A DNA stretch of 63,780 nt, filler included, from Caldilineae bacterium (GTDB taxonomy: Bacteria > Chloroflexota > Anaerolineae > DTLA01), in assembly GCA_037446815.1 (NCBI GenBank). It is 7 parts of 7 records of this genome, joined end to end, with 100 filler letters (N's around TTAATTAATTAA, not from the genome) between each part and the next. Parts side by side here need not be neighbours in the genome. Positions count along the whole stretch, not along the records: positions 18,729 to 27,918 come from JBBIHX010000118.1; positions 28,019 to 37,200 come from JBBIHX010000119.1; 5 more parts are not named here. One strand, 5' to 3'. Under the pieces are notes generated by a model. That model did no database searches. It was given only the letters and a program-made list of their open reading frames with translations, and was not told the DNA's origin. Shown piece by piece: positions 19,519 to 29,253 of this stretch. Position numbers and translations under genes: made by a program. Positions within the stretch are counted from its first letter, which is position 1, and the number at the start of each line of letters is the position of its first letter.

Positions 19519-20241
19519 ATGGAAGAAGAGAAAGCAGTATCGCCCGAGAATCCAATAGAAGAGCCCGCGGAGTCCATGCCCGCGCCGGAGGAAGCCGAGC
19601 CGGTGGTCGAGGACGCCGTGGAAGCGGCTGCCGAGGATACGGCCGCAAGCGGTGAGGAGACCGCCGAGGCCGAATCCGAGGATGCCGAAAGCCCGTACCA
19701 GAAGGCCTGGTTTGTCATCCACACCTACTCCGGCTACGAGAACAAGGTCAAGAAGAACCTGGAGCAGCGCATTGAATCCATGGGGATGCGGGAGTGGATT
19801 CTCCAGGTTGTGGTCCCGACCGAAGAGGAGATAGAAATCCGCGACGGGCAGCGCCGCATGGTGGAGCGCCGCATTTTCCCGGGCTACGTCCTTGTGCAGA
19901 TGCGCGTCCCGAAAGATTCGCTGACCCCAACCGAGCAAGCGTGGTATGTGGTGCGGAATACGCCGGGCGTAACGGGCTTCGTCAGTTCGGGGACCAAGCC
20001 CATCCCGCTGCGCCAGGAAGAGATTGACAAGATCATCAAGCGGATGGAGGCCGAGGAGCCGACCATCAAGGTCAGTTTCCACCGAGGCGAGAAGGTGCAG
20101 ATTATCAGCGGCCCCTTCGCCGAGTTCATGGGAACGGTGGACAGCATCAGCATGGAGAAGGGCAAGGTTACCGTGCTCGTGTCCTTCTTCGGGCGGGAGA
20201 CGCCCGTGGAAGTGGATTTGACCCAGGTTTCCAGACTGTAA
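19519..20241 (+). CDS. nusG: Transcription termination/antitermination factor NusG with acidic N-terminal extension
   Basis: WFVIHTYSGYENKVK, FPGYVLV, VRNTPGVTGFV, KOW (ISGPF), FFGRETPVE. Confidence 0.96.
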   Translation: MEEEKAVSPENPIEEPAESMPAPEEAEPVVEDAVEAAAEDTAASGEETAEAESEDAESPYQKAWFVIHTYSGYENKVKKNLEQRIESMGMREWILQVVVPTEEEIEIRDGQRRMVERRIFPGYVLVQMRVPKDSLTPTEQAWYVVRNTPGVTGFVSSGTKPIPLRQEEIDKIIKRMEAEEPTIKVSFHRGEKVQIISGPFAEFMGTVDSISMEKGKVTVLVSFFGRETPVEVDLTQVSRL

Positions 20242-20291
20242 CGTACACCGCGGGGCGGGCTTTCGCCTGCTCGGCAGGTTGAGGAGGATGC

Positions 20292-20717
20292 ATGGCAAAG
20301 AAAGTTGTCGCGGTCGTAAAACTGCAGATTGAAGCCGGCAAGGCGAACCCAGCGCCCCCGGTGGGCCCTGCCCTGGGCCAGCATGGTCTGAACATCATGC
20401 AGTTCTGCAAGGAATACAATGCCCGGACGGCCAACCAGGCCGGGATGATCATTCCGGTGGAGATCACCGTCTATCAGGATCGGTCGTTCACGTTCGTAAC
20501 CAAGACGCCGCCGGTGCCCGACCTGTTGCGGCGCGCCGCGGGCGTGCCCAAGGGCTCGGGCGAACCCAACCGCAAGCCCGCCGGCTCCATCACCCGCAAG
20601 CAGTTGCGGGAGATCGCCGAAATCAAGATGAAAGACCTCAACGCGCTGGACATTGAAGGCGCCGAGCGCATGATTGAGGGCACCGCCCGAAGCATGGGCA
20701 TCACTATCAAAGACTAA
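20292..20717 (+). CDS. rplK: 50S ribosomal protein L11
   Basis: [25 protein letters not shown]. Confidence 0.98.
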   Translation: MAKKVVAVVKLQIEAGKANPAPPVGPALGQHGLNIMQFCKEYNARTANQAGMIIPVEITVYQDRSFTFVTKTPPVPDLLRRAAGVPKGSGEPNRKPAGSITRKQLREIAEIKMKDLNALDIEGAERMIEGTARSMGITIKD

Positions 20718-20739
20718 CCCCCGGCCCTAATGCGGGCCA

Positions 20740-20777
20740 GTGGGAGGGCCTCGCCCGACGGGGTCCAATGGAACCAC
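20740..20777 (+). promoter_or_regulatory. L1-binding autoregulatory RNA site upstream of rplA
   Basis: GTGGGAG...AACCAC kinked hairpin just before the rplA RBS. Confidence 0.65.
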
Positions 20778-20790
20778 AAAGGGAGGAAAG

Positions 20791-21504
20791 ATGCCAAAGA
20801 GAGGAAAGAAGTACCAAGAAGTCGCAAAACTGATTGACCGAGACAAGGTCTACTCGCCGGAAGAGGCGATGGCGCTGGTGAAGCAGGTCGCGTACACCAA
20901 GTTTGACCCCACGGTGGAGTTGCACATGCGCATGAACCTGGACCCGCGCCAGGCCGACCAGCAGATTCGCGGCGTCGTGCCCCTGCCGGCAGGCACAGGC
21001 AAGCCCAAGCGGATTCTGGTCTTCGCCGAGGGCGAGGCGGAACGCATCGCGCGGGAGGCCGGCGCCGATTACGTCGGCAGCGACGAGTTCATCGCCAAGA
21101 TTCAGGAGGGCTGGTTTGAGTTTGACGTGGTGCTGGCCGTGCCCCAGATCATGGGCAAGATCGGACGCCTGGGCCGCCTGCTCGGCACCCGCGGCCTGAT
21201 GCCCAGCCCGAAGACGGGGACCATTGTACAGCCCGAGGACTTGCCCCGCACCATTGAGGAGATTCGCAAGGGGCGCGTAGAGTACCGGCTGGACAAGACC
21301 AGCAACCTGCACATTCCCATCGGCAAGGCCAGTTTTACGGAGCAGCAACTGCTGGAGAATTTCGCCGCGGTGATGGAAGCCATCGTGCGCGCCAAGCCCG
21401 CGAGCGTGAAGGGCGCCTATATCAAGAAGATCGCGCTGGCCCCGACCATGGGGCCGTCGGTGCGCGTGGACGTCTTCCAGGCGATGAACCTGCGCCTGAC
21501 GTAG
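20791..21504 (+). CDS. rplA: 50S ribosomal protein L1
   Basis: [26 protein letters not shown]. Confidence 0.98.
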   Translation: MPKRGKKYQEVAKLIDRDKVYSPEEAMALVKQVAYTKFDPTVELHMRMNLDPRQADQQIRGVVPLPAGTGKPKRILVFAEGEAERIAREAGADYVGSDEFIAKIQEGWFEFDVVLAVPQIMGKIGRLGRLLGTRGLMPSPKTGTIVQPEDLPRTIEEIRKGRVEYRLDKTSNLHIPIGKASFTEQQLLENFAAVMEAIVRAKPASVKGAYIKKIALAPTMGPSVRVDVFQAMNLRLT

Positions 21505-21538
21505 CGCCCATACGTTCCCAACCGAATATGTCCCTGTG

Positions 21539-21712
21539 CCCATGACAGCAGGTGCACTTCGGTGCGTAAGTCCTGCCGAGGCAAAGGATGCGAATGCCCC
21601 ATGCGTTCGGCGTTGGGCGCGCGGAAACGGTTCGCGCACCCGACGCTGTCGGAGTGTATGCCCGCATGGATGGCCCTCAAGCCTTTGCGTCGGCTGGCGC
21701 AAAGGCTTTTTT
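21539..21712 (+). ncRNA. L10 leader (ribosomal protein autoregulatory RNA)
   Basis: CCATGACAGCAGG...TAAGTCCTGCCGAGG core upstream of rplJ, followed by an attenuator hairpin. Confidence 0.8.
21679..21712 (+). terminator. Intrinsic terminator/attenuator within the L10 leader
   Basis: GCCTTTGCG-loop-CGCAAAGGC followed by TTTTTT. Confidence 0.8.
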
Positions 21713-21766
21713 GTTTGCGGAAGGGCATCCCAATTTGGAACTCAAGTCGTAAGGAGGTGATACAAT

Positions 21767-22300
21767 TTGGCGATAACGAAAGAGATCAAGGAAACCCGTG
21801 TTGCGCAGTACAAAGAGATGTTGGCTTCCTCGCAGGCGGTGGTCGTAACGCAGTACCATGGGCTGACGATGGGGCAGTTGAACGACCTGCGGGCGCGGCT
21901 TCGGCCCACAGGCGGGCGGTTCCAGGTTACGAAAAACACCCTGTTCCGCCTGGCCCTGGCCGAGCAGAAAAGCCCCGCGCTGGACGACATCCTCGTGGGG
22001 CCCACGGCCGTAGCCTACCTGAGCGGCGACATCGCAAGCGGCATCAAGGCGCTCATCGCCTTCGCCGAGGAAACCAATGCCATTGAGGTGAAGGGCGGGC
22101 TATTCGGCGACCGCGTGCTGTCCGCGGAGGACGTCGTTACCCTGTCCAAACTGCCGTCCCGCGAAGAACTGCTGGCGCAGGTGGTATCGCGGCTGCAGGC
22201 TCCGCTCTACGGCCTGGTCAACGTGCTCAGTGGCCCCATGCGAGGGCTGGTGTATGCCCTCAAAGCGCGCCAGGATCAACTGGCGAACACTGCCGCCTAG
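21767..22300 (+). CDS. rplJ: 50S ribosomal protein L10
   Basis: YHGLT..QLNDLR, VTKNTL, LSKLPSREELLA; TTG start after TAAGGAGGTGA. Confidence 0.96.
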   Translation: MAITKEIKETRVAQYKEMLASSQAVVVTQYHGLTMGQLNDLRARLRPTGGRFQVTKNTLFRLALAEQKSPALDDILVGPTAVAYLSGDIASGIKALIAFAEETNAIEVKGGLFGDRVLSAEDVVTLSKLPSREELLAQVVSRLQAPLYGLVNVLSGPMRGLVYALKARQDQLANTAA

Positions 22301-22342
22301 TCGGCACATCACAATCTGAAAACCAAAAGGGAGGAAAATAGA

Positions 22343-22735
22343 ATGACGAAGGAAGAGATTTTGCAGGCGATTGAGAAGATGACGGTCTTGGAACTGGCCG
22401 AACTGGTGAAGGCGCTGGAAGAGAAGTTCGGCGTCAGCGCCGCTGCGCCCGTTGCCTTTGCGGCCATGCCTGGTGTTGCGGCTGCAGGCGCTGCTGGGGC
22501 TGCCGCGCCCGCCGCTGAGGAGAAGACCGAGTTTGACGTCATCCTCAAGGAAGTCGGCCCCAACAAGATTCAGGTCATCAAGGTCGTGCGCGAACTGACC
22601 AACCTGGGCCTGAAGGAAGCCAAGGAGTTGGTGGACGGCGCTCCGGCCACCATCAAGACCGGCGTCCCGAAGGAAGAGGCCGAGGCTGCCAAGGCCAAAC
22701 TGGAAGAGCAGCAGGCCGTCGTAGAACTGAAGTAG
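22343..22735 (+). CDS. rplL: 50S ribosomal protein L7/L12
   Basis: [30 protein letters not shown]. Confidence 0.98.
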   Translation: MTKEEILQAIEKMTVLELAELVKALEEKFGVSAAAPVAFAAMPGVAAAGAAGAAAPAAEEKTEFDVILKEVGPNKIQVIKVVRELTNLGLKEAKELVDGAPATIKTGVPKEEAEAAKAKLEEQQAVVELK

Positions 22736-22759
22736 TTCGCCCACCTGGTCGCGTCAACT

Positions 22760-22788
22760 GTAGGGGCAGGTCTCAGACCTGCCCCTAC
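22760..22788. repeat. GTAG-type REP palindrome between convergent genes (possible bidirectional terminator)
   Basis: GTAGGGGCAGGTCTCAGACCTGCCCCTAC; relatives at 41609-41660, 16294-16321, 43095-43121 and 46709-46736. Confidence 0.8.
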
Positions 22789-22791
22789 GAC

Positions 22792-23625
22792 TTACGTGCC
22801 CCAGTCGCGCGGCATGCGGAATTCCCAGTCCAGCGTGCGGCTACTCACCTTGGCGATAACCGGCGGGCAGCGTTTGTACTGATTGCGTTGCACCATCCGC
22901 CACACCTGCCGCACGAAGGCCTCCGCGAACCCCATGCTCACCACCTCGGCGGGCGTTCGGCGCTCGTCCACCAGAAGGTACAGCACCTTGTCCACCTCGG
23001 CGTAGGTCAGCCCCATCTCGCCCTCGTCGGTCTGGCCGGGCCACAGGTCTGCCGAGGGCGGCTTGGCGATAATGCGCTCGGGGACGCCGACGGCGCGGGC
23101 CAGTTGCCGCACCTGCGTCTTGTACAAATCCCCCAGCGGGTTCACCGCCGACGCCATGTCGCCGAAGAGCGTGCCGTAACCCAACAGGAGTTCGGTCTTG
23201 TTGCTGGTGCCGATGACCAGCCCGCCCCACTCCTCGGATTGATCGTACAGGACGATCATGCGCGCCCGCGCCATGACGTTGCCCCGTCGGCGCTGGCTCA
23301 TGCTCGGCACCTGGGCGAAGAGCGGATCCACCATGTCGGTGATGTCTATCGTAAGGTGGTCCAGGCCCAGGATTCGGATGACCTCCAGCGCGTCGGCGGT
23401 GGATTCGGGCGCGCTGGTGCGGTAGGGCATCAGGACGGCGCGCACGTTTTGCGGCCCTAGCGCCTCCGCCGCGAGAAACGCCGCCAGCGACGAATCCACC
23501 CCGCCCGACAGGCCCAGGACGCCCCGCGTGAACCCGAAGCGCCCCAGTTCCGTGCGGATGGTGCCCACCAGCATCCGCCGCACAAGCGGGATGTCTTGGA
23601 CGAGTAGCGCTTCAACGTTCGTCAT
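22792..23625 (-). CDS. nadE: NAD+ synthetase, synthetase subunit
   Basis: LGLSGGVDSS, GNVMARARM, GTSNKTE, GYGTLFGD, PSADLWPGQTDE. Confidence 0.95.
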   Translation of the reverse strand: MTNVEALLVQDIPLVRRMLVGTIRTELGRFGFTRGVLGLSGGVDSSLAAFLAAEALGPQNVRAVLMPYRTSAPESTADALEVIRILGLDHLTIDITDMVDPLFAQVPSMSQRRRGNVMARARMIVLYDQSEEWGGLVIGTSNKTELLLGYGTLFGDMASAVNPLGDLYKTQVRQLARAVGVPERIIAKPPSADLWPGQTDEGEMGLTYAEVDKVLYLLVDERRTPAEVVSMGFAEAFVRQVWRMVQRNQYKRCPPVIAKVSSRTLDWEFRMPRDWGT

Positions 23626-24493
23626 CGCGATGTTCTCCGGATAGGATGCGGGAGAGTTCGTGGAGCACCAGGAGGGGCTTCTCGTCGCGCAGGAGGGGAA
23701 GGCGCTGGCGCGCGGCGCGGACGAGGCCCGGGTCAATCTCCACGGGCACGAGCGCCTCCTCAAAATAGGGCGCCTGAGCCAGGACCTGCCCGCGCGGGGA
23801 GACGGCCAGGCTCCCGCCCCAGAACGAAATCCCCTCCTCCACGCCGACGCGGTTCACGTGGACGGCGAAGGAGGTTAACAAGCCCGCGTAGGTCTTGGTG
23901 AACTGGGTTACGGTGGCCGCGTTGGCCGTAGCGCCTTCCTGATCGGTCCCCACGCCGTAGGCCGGCGATGCCGAGCAGAAGATGAGGTAGTCGGCCCCAT
24001 CCATCCACAGGAGGTAGGGCGTGCTGATGTGCCAGGCGTCCTCGCAGATCGCCATGCCGCAGCGCCCGAAGCGCGTGTCAAAGGCGCGGAATCGGTCGCC
24101 GGGACACAGGTAGCGCCCCTCCTCAAACAGGCCGTAGGTCGGGAGGTACACCTTGCGGTGGACGTGGACGACGCGCCCGCCATCCAGGAATGCCGAGGAC
24201 ACGAAGAACCGATGCCGCTCGTCTTCCTCCACGAAGCCAACGACGAGGGCGAGGCTCGCGCTGGCCTCCAGGAGCGGCTTCCATATCGGGTGCTCCTCCG
24301 ACGGGCGAATCGCCACGTGGGGCACCAGTTCGCGCAGGGTGTATCCCGTCAACGACAGTTCGGGGAAGATGAGCAGGTCTATCCCCAGGCCCTGGGCCTC
24401 GCGTGCCAGTTGCAGGTGCCGTTCCAGGTTCGCTCGCACATCGCCGAGACGGGGAAACGTCTGGGCGAGACCGACGGTGAACTTCTTACCCAA
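23612..24493 (-). CDS. Carbon-nitrogen hydrolase (nitrilase fold), probable glutaminase subunit of NAD synthetase
   Basis: FPELSLTGY, HRKVYLPTYGLFEEGRY, ICEDAW (E-K-C triad); overlaps the nadE start; TTG start after AGGAGG. Confidence 0.88.
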   Translation of the reverse strand: MGKKFTVGLAQTFPRLGDVRANLERHLQLAREAQGLGIDLLIFPELSLTGYTLRELVPHVAIRPSEEHPIWKPLLEASASLALVVGFVEEDERHRFFVSSAFLDGGRVVHVHRKVYLPTYGLFEEGRYLCPGDRFRAFDTRFGRCGMAICEDAWHISTPYLLWMDGADYLIFCSASPAYGVGTDQEGATANAATVTQFTKTYAGLLTSFAVHVNRVGVEEGISFWGGSLAVSPRGQVLAQAPYFEEALVPVEIDPGLVRAARQRLPLLRDEKPLLVLHELSRILSGEHRDDER

Positions 24494-25274
24494 GGGCGAC
24501 CTCCTGAACAGATGGGGCATCGGACGGGCGTGCGGCGCGCCGACGCAGGACGGCCAGCAGAATCACTCCCGCGACGACCGCGGCGGCGTCCAGCCACTGG
24601 GCCAGCCGTAGCCCGCCGATGAGCAGCGTGTCATCGCCCCGCGTGAACTCCAGGGCGAATTGCGTCGCGCCGACAAGCAGCAGGTAGGCGGCGAACGGGA
24701 GCCCGGGCCACGGCCGCCGATGCAGCAGGACCCACAGGCCCCCGAACAGCAGCGCGTACACGATGGCAGCCGCCGCCTGGGTCGCGAAACGGTACTCCAC
24801 GTACCCGTAGATGTCCGGCAGGAACAGGTAGCCGAAGCCACGGCCCGGCCTGCCGTAGGCGCTGCCCGCGAGCAGGTTGCCCACCCATGCCAACGCCGAC
24901 GCGATGGCCAGCGCAGGGGCGAGGGGGTCTAGCAAATCCCAGACGCTGAGGCGCCGCGCCCTGGCCACCGCCCAACACGCCGCCAAGCCCGCGATGAAGC
25001 CGCCCCCGAAGGCCATGCCGCCCCTCCAGAACTGGACAATCTCGGCGGTCCTGACGGAATAGTAGTCCCAGTTGGCCAGGACGAAATGGGCCCTGGCGCC
25101 GACCATGCCCGCGACGATGCCCCACAGGGCGGCGTCCAGTACGGGTTCGGCCGGCAGGCGGTAGCGGCGGGCAAGACGGTACGCCGTCCACAACCCCACC
25201 AGCACGGCCAGGTCCAGGAACACGGTGTACGAGAGGAGCGTGATGTTGCCGATTTGCAGCAGGACGGGGCGCAT
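24486..25274 (-). CDS. lgt: Prolipoprotein diacylglyceryl transferase (Lgt) family protein, divergent active site
   Basis: Lgt topology and motifs (GMVGARAHFV, WRGGM, GNLLAGSAYG, EFTRGD) with several catalytic positions altered. Confidence 0.75.
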   Translation of the reverse strand: MRPVLLQIGNITLLSYTVFLDLAVLVGLWTAYRLARRYRLPAEPVLDAALWGIVAGMVGARAHFVLANWDYYSVRTAEIVQFWRGGMAFGGGFIAGLAACWAVARARRLSVWDLLDPLAPALAIASALAWVGNLLAGSAYGRPGRGFGYLFLPDIYGYVEYRFATQAAAAIVYALLFGGLWVLLHRRPWPGLPFAAYLLLVGATQFALEFTRGDDTLLIGGLRLAQWLDAAAVVAGVILLAVLRRRAARPSDAPSVQEVALG

Positions 25275-25276
25275 GG

Positions 25277-27775
25277 TTATCCTTTCAGGCTCTCCACGAT
25301 GCGGGCATATCGCTCGGCCAGTTCTTGGGCGAAGTCGTCCGATTCGGCTTCGGCGTGCACGTGGAACATGGGGCGGTCGGGGTCGGGCAGGACGATGACC
25401 CAGCGGCGGTCGGACAGCCAGATTTTCAGGCCGTCAATGGCCTCGGTGCGCTGGCCCTTGTGTTGCTCGTGGAGCCGCCGCATGACGGCCCCCTTGACAT
25501 CCCACGAGCAGGGCACGTCCTTGCCGGCCATGTGCCATTCGGGGAGACCCGCGATGACCTCCGAAAGGCGCGTCTGCCGGGTTTCCAGATACTCCATGAG
25601 TTTCGCCACGGCCATCATGGCGTCGGCCATGCTCTGGAACGCGGGGAAGACGAAACTGCCGCGCCCATCCAGCGCCAGGGCCGCTTGGCAACCGGCGGCT
25701 TCCTGGGTCAGCGAGTGCAGGTCCAGTTTGGTGCGCACAAGGGTTCCGCCGCGCTTGCGGGCGATGTCGTCAAACAGCGCGGGCGCGGACACGGGCAGGA
25801 CGAGCGTGCCCCCAGGCCCGTAGGCGGCCAGCGCCAGGTCCGCGAGGGCGGCCGACAGGGTTGTGGGGTGCACAATGCGCCCCTTGTCGTCCACGGCGTA
25901 GATGATCTCCCCTCCGGCGTCCACGCGAATCCCAAAGTCCGCGTTCAGCACCTGGCAGATGCTGGCGAGTTGCGCGAGGCCCTGCTCTAGCGCCTCCTCG
26001 GTTACGGACACTCTGGACTCATCCACGCGCTCGTTGAGCCCCACGACGGAGCAGTTCAGGTCGTCCAGCAGTTCAGGCAGCACTAGGGAGACGGGTGAGT
26101 TGGCGTAGTCCAGGACCAGGCGGAACCCGTGTCTGCGGATGGCTTCCATGTTCAGAGCGCGCTTGAACCCGTCGGCGTACAGTTCCACCACATTCGCGGC
26201 ATACTGGATGGTGCCGATTTCGTCGCTGTGGACGCGGCGGAAGTCCTCGCGGAAGAAGACGCGCTCAATCTTGCGTTCCTCCTCCTTGCTCAAGTTTCTG
26301 CCCTCCGCGTCCATGATGCGGATGTCCACGATGCGGGCGTCAAAGGGCGAGACGCGGACGTGGATGCCCCCCGCCGCGCCGGTGGAGCGGGTGTAGTACC
26401 GCGCGACGGGAATGGGAACCGTGCGCAGGTCCAGGACGTTGACTCCCGAGGAGGGCAGGCCCGAGATGATGGCGCGCTTGATCATGCGGGCGCTGCGATG
26501 GGCGTCGCGGTTGATGGTTACCGTCGCGCCGCGCGGCAGGGTTGCGCCGTAGGCCGCGCCCAGTTTGGCCGCCAGTTCGGGGGTGAGGTCCACGTTGACC
26601 AGGCCCGACACGCCGTACCGGCCGAAGAGGACCTTGCGCCCCTGGGCCCCCCAGATGAGGCTGGTGCGGACGATGGCCCCGGCCTCAATCTCCTTGCCCG
26701 GCCAGATTTTCACGTTGGGGTGGATCACGGCCTGCTGGCCGATGGTGGTGCCATCGCCGACGACCGCGCCTTCAAAGATGACGGCCTGCCCCTTGACGTT
26801 GCACTGGCTCCCGACGATGCACCCGCGCACGTCGGCGGCCTCGCCGATGTACGAGTTGGCCCAGACGACGCTGCGCTCCACGTGGGCGCGCGCGTCCACG
26901 ATGGTGTTCTCCTTGATGACCGCCGGGCCGACGATGTACGCGCCGCCGCGCACGCGCACGCCGCTCCCCAGGAACACGGGGCCGTCCAGCACCGCGCTCG
27001 GGGCGATCTGCACGTCGTCCTCCACCCACACGCCCGGCTGCGTCTCGGTGCCCAGCGGGCCGACTTGCACGCGCCCCTCCAGGATGTCGCCGCTGGCGCG
27101 CAGGTACTCCTGCAGGTTGCCCACATCGCACCAGTAGCCATCGGCCACGTAGCCGAAAAGCGGGTCGCCTTTTTCCATCATCAGCGGAAACAGGTTCTGG
27201 CTGAAGTCAAAGACCTTGTCGGCCTCAAAGTAGTCCAGGACTTCCGGCTCAATGACGTAGATGCCCGTGTTGACTGTGTCGGAGATAACCTCGCTCCAGC
27301 CGGGCTTCTCCAGGAACCGCTGAATGCGCCCGTTGGCGTCGGTGATGACCACGCCGTACTCCAGCGGGTCGGGGACTCGGAACAGGGTGATGGTTACTTT
27401 GGCGCGCTTCTGCTTGTGGAAGGCGATGACCTTCGTCAGGTCTATGTCGGTGAGCGCGTCGCCGCTGATGACGATGAACGGCTCGTCCAGGAACGCCTGG
27501 GCGTTCTTCACGCTGCCCGCCGTGCCGAGAGGGGTGTCCTCCACAGAGTAGTAAAGGCGCATGCCCAGGCCGTGGCCATCGCCGAAGTAGCGCTGAATCA
27601 TGTCGGCCATGTATTGCACGGTTACGACGACCTCGGTGATGCCGTGTTTCTTGAGGAGCGCCAAGATGTGCGCGATAACGGGCTTGTTGACCAGGGGCAC
27701 CATGGGTTTGGGCCGCCCCAGGGTGAGCGGGCGCAGCCGCGAGCCCTCTCCGCCGGCCATGACCACTGCTTTCAT
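25277..27775 (-). CDS. Mannose-1-phosphate guanylyltransferase-like nucleotidyltransferase / phosphomannomutase-like fusion
   Basis: [21 protein letters not shown], hexapeptide beta-helix region, C-terminal PGM/PMM fold ([19 protein letters not shown]). Confidence 0.92.
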   Translation of the reverse strand: MKAVVMAGGEGSRLRPLTLGRPKPMVPLVNKPVIAHILALLKKHGITEVVVTVQYMADMIQRYFGDGHGLGMRLYYSVEDTPLGTAGSVKNAQAFLDEPFIVISGDALTDIDLTKVIAFHKQKRAKVTITLFRVPDPLEYGVVITDANGRIQRFLEKPGWSEVISDTVNTGIYVIEPEVLDYFEADKVFDFSQNLFPLMMEKGDPLFGYVADGYWCDVGNLQEYLRASGDILEGRVQVGPLGTETQPGVWVEDDVQIAPSAVLDGPVFLGSGVRVRGGAYIVGPAVIKENTIVDARAHVERSVVWANSYIGEAADVRGCIVGSQCNVKGQAVIFEGAVVGDGTTIGQQAVIHPNVKIWPGKEIEAGAIVRTSLIWGAQGRKVLFGRYGVSGLVNVDLTPELAAKLGAAYGATLPRGATVTINRDAHRSARMIKRAIISGLPSSGVNVLDLRTVPIPVARYYTRSTGAAGGIHVRVSPFDARIVDIRIMDAEGRNLSKEEERKIERVFFREDFRRVHSDEIGTIQYAANVVELYADGFKRALNMEAIRRHGFRLVLDYANSPVSLVLPELLDDLNCSVVGLNERVDESRVSVTEEALEQGLAQLASICQVLNADFGIRVDAGGEIIYAVDDKGRIVHPTTLSAALADLALAAYGPGGTLVLPVSAPALFDDIARKRGGTLVRTKLDLHSLTQEAAGCQAALALDGRGSFVFPAFQSMADAMMAVAKLMEYLETRQTRLSEVIAGLPEWHMAGKDVPCSWDVKGAVMRRLHEQHKGQRTEAIDGLKIWLSDRRWVIVLPDPDRPMFHVHAEAESDDFAQELAERYARIVESLKG

Positions 27776-27819
27776 CGGTTCGCCTCCGCCATTGGGATAG
27801 CGATGAAGCAAGCGGGACT

Positions 27820-27848
27820 ATCATAACACAGGCGGGCCGGAATGTAAA
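27820..27848 (-). promoter_or_regulatory. sigma70 promoter
   Basis: TTTACA-N17-TATGAT on minus strand, 15 bp from a MITE end. Confidence 0.6.
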
Positions 27849-27863
27849 CTGCGCCGCGGCGCG

Positions 27864-27918
27864 GATTCGGTTTCATCTTGTGTTGGTGAAACGCATGGAC
27901 ACTCTCCTCGTGTGTCGT
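27864..27918. mobile_element. MITE end at contig break
   Basis: GATTCGGTTTCATCTTGTGTTGGTGAAACGCATGGACACTCTCC, near-identical to 46546 onward. Confidence 0.8.
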
Positions 27919-28018
27919 NNNNNNNNNNNNNNNNNNNNNNNNNNNNNNNNNNNNNNNNNNNNTTAATTAATTAANNNNNNNNNNNNNNNNNNNNNNNNNN
28001 NNNNNNNNNNNNNNNNNN
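27919..28018. other. Artificial contig linker
   Basis: N-run with TTAATTAATTAA. Confidence 0.97.
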
Positions 28019-28042
28019 CGGTGTCAAGCGAAATTCACCGCG

Positions 28043-28192
28043 GACTCGGTTGCAAAGTCTGTTGGTATTTGTCATTGCGAGGGCGCGGAGCGGCCGAAGC
28101 AATCCCTGGGGCGTGAGGTTGCTTCGCTTCGCTCGCAACGACACACGGGGAGAGTGTCCGTGCGTTTCACCAACACAAGATGAAACCGACTC
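28043..28192. mobile_element. Short-form MITE (150 bp) with 8-bp target-site duplication
   Basis: GACTCGGTTGCAAAGTCTGTTGG...CCAACACAAGATGAAACCGACTC flanked by TCACCGCG at 28035-28042 and 28193-28200. Confidence 0.85.
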
Positions 28193-28200
28193 TCACCGCG

Positions 28201-28380
28201 GACTCGGTTCCAAAGCCTGTTGGCATCTACTGTCATTCTGAGCGGCGGAGAGCGAAGAATCTTGGGATAACGTGCGACGCACCTCGGAGGTGCGTCGCAC
28301 GTAACCCTCTCCGCGCGGAGGTAAAGCCACCGCGCTAAAAAGCCCAAATTCCTCTGCGAACTCTGCGCCCCCGCGGTGCC
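28201..28380. repeat. Second MITE left end plus nested palindromic repeats
   Basis: GACTCGGTTCCAAAGCCTGTTGG, half CGTC module, hairpin ACGTGCGACGCACCTC-G-GAGGTGCGTCGCACGT (28270-28302; also 36987-37019). Confidence 0.7.
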
Positions 28381-28405
28381 ATCAAACTCACCGCAGGCAT
28401 GCGGT

Positions 28406-28987
28406 CTATGCGGCGGCCGCGGCGTGTGCAGGCATCGGTTCGGCGGCGTAGTATGGAGCCAGATGCGCCCGCAACGCCTCGCGTGCATAAAACAGGCGCG
28501 ACTTGACAGTGCCCACCGGGCACCGTAGCGTGTAGGCAATCTCCTCCACCGAGAAACCCTGGAGGTAGTACAAGATCACCACGGTTTTGTGGGCAAACTC
28601 CAGGCTGTCTATCCCCTCCTGGATGGCCGCCTGCAATTCCGCGCGCAGGGTGTGCCCCTCGGGGCCGGATGCGAGGCCACAGGGCAGCGCCTCCGCCACA
28701 TCATCCAGAGAATCCGTGTTCGGCCGGTTGCGGGTCAGGTGGGAATAGCACAGGTTCACGGTAACCCGATGGAGCCAGGGGGCCAACCCGCGCTCGCCAT
28801 CCAACTTGTGCAGATTCGCGTGGACGCGCAGGAAGCAATCCTGCACGATCTCGTCGGCGACGTCGGCGTTGCGCACCAGCCCCATCGCGGTGCGGTACAC
28901 CTGCGTGCGGTACTTGTTGTAGATGGCCTCAAAGGCGACCATATCGCCCTGCCGGGCTTTGAGAATCAGCATGCTATCTTCTGTCAT
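28406..28987 (-). CDS. ECF-type RNA polymerase sigma factor
   Basis: Region 2 (ADEIVQDCF, WLHRVTVN) and region 4 (GFSVEEIA, PVGTVKSRLFYAR). Confidence 0.93.
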   Translation of the reverse strand: MTEDSMLILKARQGDMVAFEAIYNKYRTQVYRTAMGLVRNADVADEIVQDCFLRVHANLHKLDGERGLAPWLHRVTVNLCYSHLTRNRPNTDSLDDVAEALPCGLASGPEGHTLRAELQAAIQEGIDSLEFAHKTVVILYYLQGFSVEEIAYTLRCPVGTVKSRLFYAREALRAHLAPYYAAEPMPAHAAAAA

Positions 28988-29102
28988 CGCGCCTTCCCCC
29001 AACCCTCAGACTACCTGCCGTTGCGAGCGAATCAATCCCGCAAGGGTAGCAGCGAAGCGAACCGCGCCTGTTGCGCAACGGTAACTATAGCGTGCCTTCG
29101 GG

Positions 29103-29131
29103 TCAGACGTATCGGGCATCCGCCGTATTCG
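29103..29131 (-). promoter_or_regulatory. Putative autoregulatory ECF promoter
   Basis: CGAAT-N17-CGTCTGA on minus strand upstream of the ECF gene. Confidence 0.35.
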
Positions 29132-29253
29132 CGCTACGCGGTTGCGCCTACCCGCTACGCAATTTGGCGTAGGCCGCCGACGCGGTTTGCCACAGGCGCG
29201 GCAGATGCTATAATCCCCACAGACGGGTCTGGGCCCATGGTCGGGAGAGCCAC

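Noticed and set aside
29010..29085. Structured leader upstream of the ECF sigma gene (CCGTTGCG...CGCAACGG) as a riboswitch
   Set aside because: Only one 8-bp stem is evident and I could not match conserved motifs of a known riboswitch class; needs an Infernal scan
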